This document shows positions 63,989-64,000 of a stretch of 64,000 bases of DNA, piece by piece. The stretch's first letter is position 1. Every line of letters starts with the position of its first letter. A model generated the notes under the pieces. The model saw nothing but the letters and a program-made list of their open reading frames with translations, was not told the DNA's origin and searched no databases. Source of the stretch: a virus. The position numbers and the translations under genes were made by a program. The stretch lies in IMG/VR virus record IMGVR_UViG_3300036766_000889; one strand, written 5' to 3'.

Positions 63989-64000
63989 GAAATCCGTGTT

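Noticed and set aside
1-64000. Stop-codon reassignment or suppressor tRNA
   Set aside because: Conserved genes are intact under the standard code with all three stops used; no CUA, UUA or UCA anticodon found

Overview
This window is part of a large (jumbo) bacteriophage genome using the standard genetic code. Left arm (1-30 kb): dense small accessory genes plus ferritin-like, SpeD-like, pyroglutamyl peptidase, HD nucleotidase, MazG, carbon-nitrogen hydrolase, FkbM, YkgJ, a sigma factor, DNA polymerase A, DnaJ, two kinase-like paralogs and a primase zinc finger. Centre (30.5-49.3 kb, almost all minus strand): a translation-rescue/RNA-repair block. It holds rtcB, tsf, an HNH gene, a YrlA-type Y RNA plus three mini Y-like repeats, Ro60/TROVE, a CCA-enzyme HD domain, tmRNA, a 6S-like RNA and several unassigned structured RNAs. 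It also holds about 37 apparently intact tRNAs covering all 20 amino acids. The block is headed by a sigma70 promoter, a 47-codon leader ORF and a terminator/antiterminator pair that looks like a ribosome-sensing attenuator. Right arm: intein-containing DnaB, a helicase-loader-like protein, a SNF2 helicase and virion/tail genes. All calls come from reading motifs and base pairing by eye; no searches were run.
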